This document shows, piece after piece, positions 13,812-25,700 of a stretch of 64,000 nucleotides of DNA (position 1 is the first letter of the stretch; every line of letters starts with the position of its first letter). Both the position numbers and the translations under genes were made by a program. This stretch comes from Macrostomum hystrix (Eukaryota > Animalia > Platyhelminthes), in NCBI GenBank assembly GCA_950097015.1, contig CATNEN010000038.1, positions 34,782,001 to 34,846,000 of the forward strand, read 5' to 3'. Below the pieces are notes generated by a model that was given only the letters and a program-made list of their open reading frames with translations, did no database searches and was not told the origin of the DNA.

Positions 13812-14480
13812 ATTGTACTTATGTAATTGTTGATTAATAAGGTACTTCATCGAACACTGTACACTCGCTCTATTCTCTCTCCCTACCATATATAAATAAA
13901 AATAAATGATAGTTGCACAAAAACAACAGCCTTCAAATCATTTATACTTGCAATTTCAAGTTAGATTTACAATTGGAAAATGCAAGCTAGAATTCAAGCC
14001 TTGGTTGCAACTATTATCGTTGCAATCGTTTGTCGTGTGGGACTGTGCCGTAAGTTTATTAAATCGTGTAAATCAGCTAGCTACACTTGTTTGTTTTCAA
14101 GTTGTTTGGACGGAAATAATCATAACTCATAATTGGTACGGGTCGTATATCTTGATATAATAGTATTCGATTGTGAAAATCTAAGACTTTCGCAGATTGC
14201 GACACCATTTGTCATTTATGAGGATTTTTCATTTAAAAGAATCCCCATTTACTTGCCATTACGAGATAAGGGGCTGCAACATGGAACTTAATGAGAGACA
14301 TTTGTATATTGTTAAAAAGTAAGCTCTTGCTGACGTGAGTCAGTTGTGTACATTTTTATTTTTGTTTTTGTCTTCACTTATCCTTACCATCCTCTCCTTT
14401 AGCGCAATTTTCAAAATGACATTTATTTATTTGTTTTTGGTTTGCTTAATTACTCTTTTCACGACAAATAATAATTATAA

Positions 14481-14538
14481 TGGGGCAGAATTGCCTCCTC
14501 GCTGGCTGCGGGTCTAGTGTCACCAAATGATGTGCCAT
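14481..14538 (+). mobile_element. 3' fragment of SINE family A
   Basis: GGGCAGAATTGCCTCCTCGCTG...GGTCTAGTGTCACCAAATGATGTGCCAT matches 13719-13775. Confidence 0.75.
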
Positions 14539-14695
14539 CGAAAACTAATAAAACTTTTTTATTAAAGGGCGCGTAATGAATTTCTCTCTCTAATATTTTT
14601 TGTACCCTTTAGTCCCTTGTACATACAACAGCGTTTTATAACTCCGTAAAATTTAGAAATTTATCTGCTATTTGTGTGTTTGTTAATTTTGATTG

Positions 14696-15723
14696 ATGCT
14701 TATTTTCTTCTGGTATTTCATTATCCATATTTTTTCTTTGGTAGCAGGTTAACTAGGTAAATGCGGTAATATAGCTGACGTAAAAATAGGAGAAAAAAAC
14801 GATTTCTTGTACGAAAATGTACCAAAAAGTTAACCTAAATGTACTTATGTAATTAATAATTAATAATAATTGATTACACCTGCCCCAATCGGGCCAGATG
14901 TGCAGCCGACAGCACAGCCGCAGCTATTGCGCGGCGCATCTGAAGGCTGCGTACAGCTGTTCAGTCCATGGACTGGGGGGACGCCACACCCACCTTCAAT
15001 TATCCCAGCTGATGCTGGTACCCATTTTACAACTGGGTGAACTGAAGCAATGCAGAGTTAAGTGTCTTGCTAAAGGACACAAATTGTTTCAGTGGAGTCG
15101 GGAATCGAACCCCCGACCTTCAAGTCGTGAGTCCGACGCCCTAACCACTAGGCTACAACCTCTTCTACAACTTATGTAAGTAGAAGTACATTATGATGTA
15201 CTATATCATTTTCCCACATTTTGAACATGTAGATGCACTGGTGTCTTCAATTGAAATCGAAGACTGTAAGCGTTTAATTTGCGCGGAAGCCAGGCACAAT
15301 GTGACCGCAGCTGTTGTGCAGTGTCCGGACAAAGCAGTTTATGGTTGCTACCTGGACTCAGCCTGCCACTCGGAGCATTGTCCCCAGCAGCCGAGCGATC
15401 ATCGCAGCCGATCGTCAATCCTTAAAAAACTTAGAATCCACTGCCTGGCTACCACGCTGGCAATCTGTCCAGAGCCGAAGGAGCCAATTATGACTAAGTC
15501 GAAAGAATTATTTTACGATAGTAGAAAGACTAATTATAAGAATGCAACCATTCCAACTGTATCAGCAATGCCAGCAGGCACCATTATTGGCTGCTCCGTC
15601 ACTGCTCTGGCTGCAGTGGCTATTATAATTGGTATCGTAATAGTAAGAAGACAACAGTTGTGCAACATTATCAGTAGGTACAAACCGGTTCACAATTCTC
15701 AATTGATGAACGAAGCTGGCTAG
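14696..15723 (+). CDS. Orphan single-pass type-I membrane protein (~180 aa); exons 14696-14747, 15233-15723
   Basis: Exon 1 MLIFFWYFIIHIFSLVA (signal-peptide-like) ends GCA G|gttaac in phase 1; acceptor catgtag|AT restores the frame. Cys-rich ectodomain, TM segment IIGCSVTALAAVAIIIGIVIV, RRQQ stop-transfer and a short tail with YKPV. Confidence 0.62.
14853..15169 (-). mobile_element. tRNA-derived SINE family B (CORE-like), 10-bp TSD, intronic
   Basis: rc head GTTGTAGCCTAGTGGTTAGGGCG...GGGTTCGATTCCCG; central GTGTCCTTTAGCAAGACACTTAACTCTGCATTGCTTCAGTTCACCCAGTTGTAAAATGGG; TSD ACTTATGTAA at 14843-14852 and 15170-15179. Confidence 0.88.
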
Positions 15724-16004
15724 ACCCACAAGTGTGTGACTACAATATAGGTTAGAAACTTGCGCTGTTTTGCAAAATTAAAAAATAATTTTGCCATGTA
15801 GTTTAAAGTTAAGAACTATTTTGACTGTGTTCACAGTTTCACAATTCACAGTAAATAGTAACCTCCTGAAATGTTTGTTAACATGATTCAATTTTTTTTT
15901 ATACACTCAGACTTGGAAAATGAATAAAGATCATAAAGTGGATCAGAAAATTTGTTATAACTGTTTGCTAGTTCTACCCAATGCCCCAGGTCTCATTGAT
16001 TACA

Positions 16005-18229
16005 TCACAGCTTCGCTCCTTGACCACCGCCGCTACCGCCGTCGAAGCGGCCACCGCGGCCGCGTCCGTCGCGAATGAAGCCAGCCGCACCGGCTGCCGC
16101 TTCATCGAGAACGCGCGCGCCGCCGTTGAACTCGGCCGACAAACGGCCCAGTAGGCCATCGCCGCTGCCGCCGGCGTAGTAGACAGCGGCTAGCACTGAG
16201 GCGTGGTCAGCTCGCGCGCACGCCGGGAAGTCGAGAATGATAATTTTTTGATAAGTCATAAATTGAAATGAAAAATCAAGTAAGCAGAGAAATCAGATGA
16301 ATTATATTAAATAGAATAACTCGCAACGTACAGTTGTCCCTTGTCCACATGTTCCTAACCTAATTTCAGTGTTAAGCGCGGTACCAAAAAAGTAACGGCG
16401 ATGGGTTAACGATCGCTACTGAACATATGGTAACGGCCGTTACTTTTTATCGATACTTTCTGCTCTTCACTTTTACCATAAATTTGATATTTTCTACGAG
16501 TATGAAAACATGTTATAAATACGCGTAGCTGCGTTTATCAGTCATTACTCATATCATGTGTTGCAACTCTAACATCGCCCACTTTTTAGACTCCGTTATT
16601 ATTACCACTCTCACTGATCTTGACCATTTCGGGCTTGGGATTAGTTACTTAGTAGCCATGATGAGAACACATGAAGATGTTAGATGAGATTGATAATATT
16701 GATGATTGATGACAATATAAAATTGTCGTCAAAATAAAGCTGTAAAGTAGCAGACTATAATCAGTCTATAGATTGACCAATAAATATTTCACGAAATTGG
16801 ACAGTTCGCAACAAAAACAAAAACGTCAAATCAATATGAAACAAAAAAACGTAAATATTGTTTCTCATTATATAAATTGGGACTATTTTTATACTATTAA
16901 AATCGGAAATATAAAACAGATAATTTAAAAGTTTTTAATGCAGCAAAATACATAATTCACAGTGCTGCTAATTTCTTTATAATTTTATTCGGAAACTGGT
17001 AACGAAAACGGGAAACGCACACTGTTGGTAACAAGAAAAAGTTACGTAGAAAAAAAGTAATGATTGTTACCAAATTGGTAATTAGTAATGCGCCCGACAA
17101 TGCCTAATGTGACCCAATTCTGTAAGTACTTTTCCTCATATAGCAGCAGTCTTTCCACAGCCTCTACAACTGATCGTTGGTCAAAACAAATTCGAGCTTT
17201 AGAAAACACCTGCGCATCAATTTTCTCACCTGGGGAAAGGCGGCAATCTCTTCGGCCAGCGCCACCGCAGTCTCCAGCGCCTGACCATCTGGACAGACGC
17301 GGTTCGCCAGACCCATCTGGGCTGCCTCGCTGGCCCCAACCGGACGGCCTGTAAGAATCAGATCCATCGCTCTCGAGAGCCCAATCAACGCCGGCAGTCG
17401 TACGGTGCCACCGTCGATTAAAGGAACGCCGAATCGTCGACAGAAGACGCCAAGTATCGCGGAAGCTTCAACGACGCGCAGGTCGCATAGCAGAGCGAGC
17501 TCCAGGCCGCCCGCAACGGCGTAGCCGCTGATGGCAGCCACAGAGGGCTTGCTGAGCCGCAGCCGGCTGGGACCCATCGGTGCCAGGCTTGGCTGATCTG
17601 AAATGCCCTGATGTTGGTGATCCTCAATTCCTCTTTCTTTTAAAGTTTTTTTACTATCACGAGTACTTCGATGTCGGAGGTCCTAAGTCTATAGACGCTG
17701 TAAATAACAGGCTATGGACGCGCCGCGCAATGGTAGAACTGGCTGTATATCTGACCCAACTGAGTCAGTCTACCAAGGACCACTAGGAGGAGATCTATGA
17801 TGTATAGGATCTATTCGCAATAGAAAGTATGAGACTAAATAATCGAAATTGACAGATTTTGAAACAGATTCTGAAAGCCTTCAAAAGCATATGCTATTTG
17901 ACCGACAAACTAGTAGTACTAGGTATAAATCGACATCAAGGACACAGTAAGAACCAACCTGTTGACACTGGACCAAAGTGTGGCCGAGCACTAGCCAATC
18001 CTTTGCCATAGCTAGCAGCTTCGGCTAAGTCGAAGCCAGAGCAGAAATTGCCACCTCGACCATGCAGCACCAGCACACTGGCCTGTGAGTCCAACTCAAA
18101 CTCATTGAAGGCATTGTAGAGACATTTTGCAACCTCGACATTAACACAGTTTCGCTTCTCTGGTCTGTTGAGGCCAACTAAAAAGCAACGACCAAGGCGT
18201 GTGACCTCCACTAGGGTGTGAGCTGCCAT
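16005..18229 (-). CDS. Enoyl-CoA hydratase/crotonase family protein with C-terminal AKL (PTS1); exons 18229-17959, 17597-17230, 16223-16005
   Basis: Motifs LNRPEKRNCVN, FCSGFDL, KPSVAAISGYAVAGGLELALLCDLRV, RRFGVPLIDGGTVRLPALIGLSRAMDLILTGRPV, FPQ/ACARAD. Exon 1-2 junction is canonical (phase 1); the exon 3 acceptor reads CG rather than AG. Confidence 0.9.
16367..17102. mobile_element. Degenerate non-autonomous hAT-type DNA transposon in ECH intron 2
   Basis: Imperfect TIRs CAGTGTTAAGCGCGGTAC / rc CATTGTCGGGCGCATTAC; subterminal GTAAC/GTTAC motifs at both ends; flanks CCTAATTT (16359-66) and CCTAATGT (17103-10) form a 7/8 TSD. Confidence 0.62.
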
Positions 18230-19738
18230 TTAGAGCTTAAAAGTCAAAAGTGGCACAAAAATTATTTGACTACTTTCTAACAAGTTGCTCTTGGTAGAAT
18301 ACATTTATTATGAGTATAGAAAACATTCCAAACCTAGCTATTTTTGACCCCACTTTGTAACAAGTTAATATGAATTTTAAAGCACTTAGGATCTTTTCAC
18401 CTTTTTATTCTATCATTAATTAGCTAATTATCTGCTTTATGTAGACAACATATTTTGAATGTTTTATACATATTTATAAACAGCTGCTAGCTATATCTAC
18501 TTATCTACTTATATCAATAAAAGCTCTCAAAGGTAAATAAAAGTGCCAATTTGACTATTATTATATTCATAGTACAACAGTTAGCTAATGCCATAAGTAT
18601 AAATGGATAAAAAATAAGATAGCAGGCTATTTGGTATTAAAATTTTGGGCATAAAATCAGAAGCAAGCTATAGGGTCAAATATAATTGGAACTTGAGATC
18701 ATTAAATTAAAGTCATTTTTTCATTTTTAGCTAATGTTAAATTAAATTAAATTAAATTAAATTAGGTTTGTAATAGGTAGTCCAATCAAAAAGCATAGAA
18801 CAGCAGTACAAAAGAATAAACAACTGTACATGCATTAGCTATTATGCAGAGGATATCCAGCAAGTTAGCTACGAGCTACACCTATCTAGAAAACTTAACA
18901 GATAAAGATTTGCTTTAAATGCCACCAAATTTGGCACATTAGCTCAAGCATATATCTAATCATAGATTTTTATGACCATCGCACAAATTTAAATGCAAAA
19001 TGAGTTATTTTATATTTTTATTATCTATATAATATTGTATATATAGTCTTATTCAAACATAAAATATTGTTTTTTAAAATGAAAAAAGTAATTAGCTAGA
19101 AAAATACAACTATCTGTAGTCAGTAAAGAAAGTCATTGTAGGAAACGATCACGTGGGCTTCTTTTTGTAAACGGAATGTGTAATCTAATTTATTCACGAG
19201 AAATAAAGAATAACAAAGCATTAAGCGATAAATTAAGATCTAAAAGTTCAGTAATATGAAACTTCATAATGGTAGTATTATTTGTTATGCTTAGTTTAGA
19301 TTTGCTTCTTAAAGCCATTATTTGTAGCGTCAATATCTTCGATACGATATATTTAACTAACTGCGTTTGTGTAACTTTTAATCTTTTTTTAATTACTGCC
19401 TTGAAGTCAAAGCTGCGTGCATTCTGTCAACGTTTGGAAGACTTGATTTACTAGTCCTTAGTAAGTAGCCAAATGACTTTATCTAAATTGTACGCCGTTT
19501 TTTATTTGAAATTGTTGAAAACTGATTTAAAGCTTCATGTGAACAGCTAATTGCTAGTTTGCTTTGTCTGTCTTTATAATTAAGCATTTTACATTTTAAC
19601 AATTGTTCTCCTATCCTGCCAGTCTCAAAACTTTCGTTATAGCTGTATGACTGTAGACGTAGATAAACTATGTATAAAAGCGCAGTCAATTTATAGTTTT
19701 TACCGCCTTATTTTCAAAGCGCAATTTAAGGACTAGTG

Positions 19739-22700
19739 ATGGACGATTGTACACTAGAGAAACTCGGAGTAAAGCCGGGCTCATTGACTCCGGCATTTAA
19801 CAAAGACGTCCTCAGCTACTCAATCACACTGGCAAGTGACGCTGAGAGTATAACATTGGATCCACGAACTAGTGACAATGGCGCTTCTTATGAAATTAAA
19901 GTGAGATCTTGCATTATTGCATGCATATAAAGCAGGATCGGATACTTTTGAAAGATGCGAACAAATCTAGATCCTTTTTTATTATTCTATAACAGGGTGG
20001 CGGCGATGGAGGCAAAACAATAGCCGTGCAGCCGGGTGCCAAGCTCGTCTTGACAGTTCAGGTCACTGCGGAAGATGGACGCTCAACGAGAAATTATGCC
20101 ATCGCTGTTCATCGACTCTCGGCGAAGGATGCCAGCTTGGCGTCGCTGTCGGTGGGCCCGGAGAGTCGACTTGAACCAGCGTTTAATCCGGAGCAGCTAA
20201 GCTATGAATGTGAGGACCGCTGCTTTTGTAGCTCTACTGTAGATGGATTTATTTAATCAGAAGCACATGGGTCCGACTTCGTCCAGCGACGTCCGCTGGC
20301 AAATGGGAACTTTCAGATTGCAATTATAACGTTCAGTCGAAGTTCGCGTTTTAGCGGCTGATTCTGCGTCTTTTAAAGTTTTTTCCTCGGTTGTGTACGT
20401 TTTTGCGCATTTTTCGTTTCGTCGGATTTCATCGGCGCAATCTAAAAGTTCCCATTTGCCATCGACGTCGCAGGACGTCGGTGACGTCGGGAAGGTCAGC
20501 CGACCTTCTAGGTACCTAGGTGCAACCCTACTTAGTGAGTCCAATTTCGAGAAAACAGAAGTGTCCAGTACGGAATACAGTCAACAGTATACTGTACAAT
20601 AAAATCTCCACTCTAATTTATCCACAGGCCAAGTAGCACATTCCGTCATCGCGCTGAAAGTGGAGGCTGCAGTCTCCGATCCGAAGATCAGCCTCAGCGT
20701 CCAGGCCGATGCCATTGCAGACGGGTTGGTGGCGCTGAATTTGGGTTCGACAAGCGTGCTCGTTGAGGTCCGATCTGCCGATGGCTCGGCTAAACGGGTG
20801 AGCAAGTCTAGCATTGGTAAACGCAGTGATCCTATTTTAGACTGTTTTTGTTGTTGTACGTTGTACAGAACTCAACTTGTTTCGCCTAATCCGCAGCTAT
20901 ACAGCCTGACGATCCATCGGAGCGCCTGTCCGCACCACATCCAGCTTAGCAGCCCAGTCGATGCGGCTAGCTGGGAGGATCCTATTAGCCTGTCGCTGCT
21001 GCACCAGCCAGTCAGCTTGCCAGCGTCTGGCGACCCGTCCCAGCTGTACTCGGCCCGGCTGCTCGACTCCCTGTTCCGAGCCAGCCGTGCCGACCCATTG
21101 GACGGTTCGGAGCTGCCAGTCGCCGAGGCCGGCGACAATAAGTGGCAACCGAGGCCGGACTTGACAGCCGACAGTCGACTGTCAGCCTGTCCGGCTGAAA
21201 TGGTCGATCTGCGCGGCACAAATAGGCGAACTGCCGCTGCAGCCAGACTGATTGGCGTCGAGTCGGCGACGCTGGCGCAGGCAAAAATTGGCGAGCTGCG
21301 CAAAAACTACCAGCACTGCAAGCCGGACACAGCTTCGCCAGACGCTGCTCGTCAATGGGAGCGCCGGTTGAGGAACATTTTTGACGTCAGCGACGCCAAA
21401 CAGCTGACTGCGATGGGAGAGCAGAGCATTCAGCAGTACCTGGAGTGTCTTCCGGCGAGTTCTGGTTAGTCAGTAGAATTTTAGAGCTTATTGTGTTACT
21501 TTTAGCCTGTCAGTTCTATTCTTTCTTGAACCCATTAATCATGTGCATTTTTCATCTTCAGTCAGGTTTCCAAAGTTTGGCACAGTTTTCTTTTTTGACT
21601 TAGCTGCAGGGTGGTCCATGGACGCAGCGGGGAGGCGAGGGTCGCCCATACCGCTAACCCCTGTAGGCCCGCAGACAGGCAAGGGCGCGGGGCCGGTCAG
21701 GGTGGTCCGCCGGTCCGTCCTGCAGCGTTGTCTTCCGTGGGGAAGAAAGTGGCTCGTCTTGTTGCACGAAGGAACTGGACGAGCCGTGGAATGCTGTCGG
21801 GCTGGCAGATCTCGTCCATGGACGGGTTGGGCCCGAGGTAGCGAAGCCGGTCTCTGTTAAAGAAAGGGCAGTGACACACAAAGTGCTCAGCATCTTCGGT
21901 GTCATACTCACAGAATGGGCAGAGTTCACTCTCAAGGTCACCCCGGAGGAAACAGTGCCTAGCGAGGTAGCCGTGGCCCGTGAGGGTCATGGCGAGGGCG
22001 CGGATATCATTCCGGTTTTGGTTCAAAAGGATGCTCCTGAGCCTGCGAGACGGGCGCGGAACTGCGGCACGGGATTGCCGACAGTTCTGGGTGCCCGCCC
22101 ATCTGTCCCTGTGCAGGGACTCAGCCCAGTCATCAATAAGGCGATTGATGACCGTGATGGGGATCGGGACCAGGGGAGCAGGTCCCAGGAGAGAGCCAGA
22201 GCCACCTTGCTTGGCAAGGGTATCCGCAAGCTCGTTCCCTGGGAAGCCCGCATGCCCTGGGATCCAGCTCAGCTTGACCGTGTTGTTACTGGCCAGGAGG
22301 TTGAGTTGCCGGGCACAGTCAGCGACTGTCCGGGAGCACGTGGTGGTGCGGCAAAGGGCTTGTAAGGCCGCTTGGCTGTCAGAGTGGATGATGATAGTCT
22401 CTCCTCTCGTATTCCTGCATTCAGCTCTGCGGCACAAGAGCTGATGGCAAGGATCTCATTCTGGAAGACCGTGGAGAGTCTCCCAGTATGTTGGGCATGC
22501 GTGGCGACGACGCGGCCGTTGATCAGGATGCAGACCCCAAAGCCGGCAAGGCCGTCTTTTAGGGATCCGTCCGTGTAGCAGTGGACCTCCTGGTGGTTCC
22601 AGTGGTCGTTAGCGTCTTCCCTCGAGGGAATGATGATTTTGTAGCGCTGGGTGAGATTGAGAGTGCGTGGTTCGCCGTCAGATAAGACGTGGAGTCCGCC

Positions 22701-25700
22701 GCCATCTTTCAAGTCACGAAGGCACAGATCGGTGTGAGGCAGAAGTTTGGCACAGAGGCCGATTTTTCTTATAAAAATGTCTCTCTGATTTGACTGTATG
22801 GACTCCGGCGACACTTAAGAGAAATTGGACTTCATTTTCTACTTTTGAGCGACACTTTGTGCTGACCCTATGAAATATTAGTCTTTCTTAACCTTAAAAT
22901 AGAAAATAGCTCGTACTATGTTTTAGAGGCATCCCCAGAATCTTGTAAATTCAGCTTCAATGTTCACCATGTGCCTGTTTATGGCTTCAGTTTTTTGTGG
23001 TTTTATATGAGTTGGCTAGCTTAATTGAGCAACAAACAATGCTGTTTAATTGCAGCTGCCAGCAGAACCTATCCAGCTGGCAGCTCGCCGCAGGATCTCC
23101 TGTCAAGAGCCTGCAGCGCCTATGCCTGCGCCATTGACGCAGCTGGTGGCTCCGCGCCAAATCGTTGGCAGCTGCACCTCCGTCTAGCCCAGCTGCTGGA
23201 GGAGATGCATCACTGTCAGGACGTCTACGGCGTGAAGATTGTCGACGCTGCCAGCGACGGTGGCGGCGGCACAGCTGCCGGGACGGACACCGCGGCACTG
23301 GACAGCGCTCAGGAGGACGAAATTGACGCCATCTGCCGGCTAAGGGGAGTGTCCGAGAATGCCGGACTTGGCGCAAAGCTGAGGGCCCTTGACGCCGAGA
23401 TGCGACACCTGCGAGATCAGGTAAGACAGCACTGCTGCTGGTTTGTGAAGCCTACCCCAGTAATTATGGCTATACTGTAGTGCAAAGTACGCTCATAATT
23501 CCTGCGGGAATTTCCGAAAGAAATAGTACGCTTAATAAGAAATAATAACTGCAGTAGCATGGCACATCATTTGGTGACACTAGAGCAGCAGCCAGCAAGG
23601 AGGCAATTCTGCCCATGTCGCTGACTCCTGAGCACACACGCACAAAAATACCGTACACAGGCACACGCTCAAACATGTGTGAACATCTGCCCTGACCGAC
23701 TCAGGCATTGTACACTGTCACTGAGCATTGGAGGTTGGCCCTTAAGGGCGTAAATTGCACGACAAGCCCACAAGCCTTCTCTCCGTGGCTGCGCCCAAAT
23801 AAATGTGGCCTCGCCGTGGAATCGAGCTCAGGGACCTTGGCGCGAGAGGCAAACGCTCTGTCACTGACCCCAGTATGCTTCCATAGCTGTTCATTATTTG
23901 ACTGGCAGGGCCAAAGCTCCAAGGCGGATGCTGTGCAGTCTCTGTTCCTGTGGAAGAGTCGTCAGGCGACAGCGGAGGGCGCAGCCCAGCAGAGGGCATC
24001 GGCGGCCGAGTCGCCATTGTCGCGCGCGCTAGACAAGTACAGGGACGCGCTTAGTCTGGCTGATTCGAACGGGGAGCTGCACTGTCACGTTGGGCGCCTG
24101 CTGGTTGCCAGGGGCGAATATGGAGAGGCTATCAGGTGGGTTTGCTACCATTGGGACAAATGGTCATAGAAGAGTCGTGAAGTTTAATAGCAGAATTAAC
24201 AAACAAAAAACGACCCGAACCAAAAAACTCTGCAGACGGCTGGAATCCGCTCTGTCCTGGCAGCCAAACAGTCCCACAGCTCGACTTTACCTCGGCGCCG
24301 CGCTCGCCCGCGAGATCCTGCAGTCTGGCAAGGACTCGCAACCGCCGAGGGCGCCTGAAGCGGCCGACCTGCTTTGCGACGGGCTGGACAACCTCCTGAA
24401 TCAGGAAGCTGCACCGGCCGGTGCCAAACGTCACCTGTTCGCCGAGAATCCCCTTCAGCCGACTGACCACGCGCTGCTTCGCGCAGCTCTATCGCTCGGT
24501 CAGCTGACGGCTGACGGTCCGCTCAAACAGCAGCGGCTTCACCAGGCCTGCCTGCTGACAGCGCGGGCGATGACGCTGCTGCCTCCGCGATGCGAACGCC
24601 GCCATCTGGTTCGACGCCTCCTCATCGACTGCCACGCCGCTCTGCTGCCGAATCCATCGGGCATGAGCGATGGGGAGGCCGAGCGGCTGCTTCTGGCACG
24701 TCGCTGTCGCGGTCTGTCGGCTCTCATCGCTACGGAAGCCGCAGCCGCATCATCGACTACGTCAGCTGATCCGCAGCTGGCGGCACTTCAGCGACGAGTG
24801 GCGGAGACTCTTGTCCGCGCCAACCCTTTCTGGGCGCCGGCGCTCTGTCAGCTGGGCGTGGCTCAACTTGCGCGCGCTGAAGCCGCGACATCGCCCTTGG
24901 AGGCCGAGGAGCGCAAGCGTTGTCTAGCCGACGCCGAAGCATCTCTGCGAACGGCCATCGAGCTGGAGGGCCGGCCAGCTGCCGGATCAACGATACCGGA
25001 GCGTCTGCGCACCCAAGATTGGTGGCAACGCGCTGAAGCCGGTGACGCTGCCAAGGCGAAGACTCCCGCTGAGACATCAGCAGCCGGAGCAGCACCAACT
25101 GCCACTGCCCCGGCACCTCCGGCTGCGGCGCCTGCAGCAAGAGGTGGAGCACGTGGTGAGCTGGGATGAATTTCGCCATAAACAATTTCACATGCAGTCC
25201 TGAACTCTGCGAAGCTAAATTATCTTCGCTGCCGCATCGAAGGTGGAGCCCGGGGTGTCGCAGTCGCCCCCGCCAGCAGAGGTGGCGTCGCCGTAGCCAG
25301 AGGCGGTGGTAAAGGCGCTGCCTCCCCAGCCACTCGCGGCGGCGCGGCTTCAAGAGGCGGCGCCGCAGCCGCCAGAGGAGGCGGTGCTGTTGCAAAGAGC
25401 GGCGCAGTGGCAGCGCCGCCTGCAGAACCGGCACCACAACCATCGGCTGAGGCAGCGCCAAAGCCTGCAACGCCGCAACCTGCGCCTCAGCGTCCTGCAC
25501 CGTTGAACCGGCCTAGCGCAGTCGCCCGCCTGACGCTAGCTCGCTGCCTTCGAGCAGCAGAACGGCCGGACGAGGCCCTAGCAATGTACGAAGCCGTTCA
25601 AAGAATGTCGCCAGACTGTCACGACGCCTACATTGAAGCCGCTGATATGCTTCTGACAACTCCGCAGCCGCTTCGCGCCATCGATATCTACTGCCGATTC

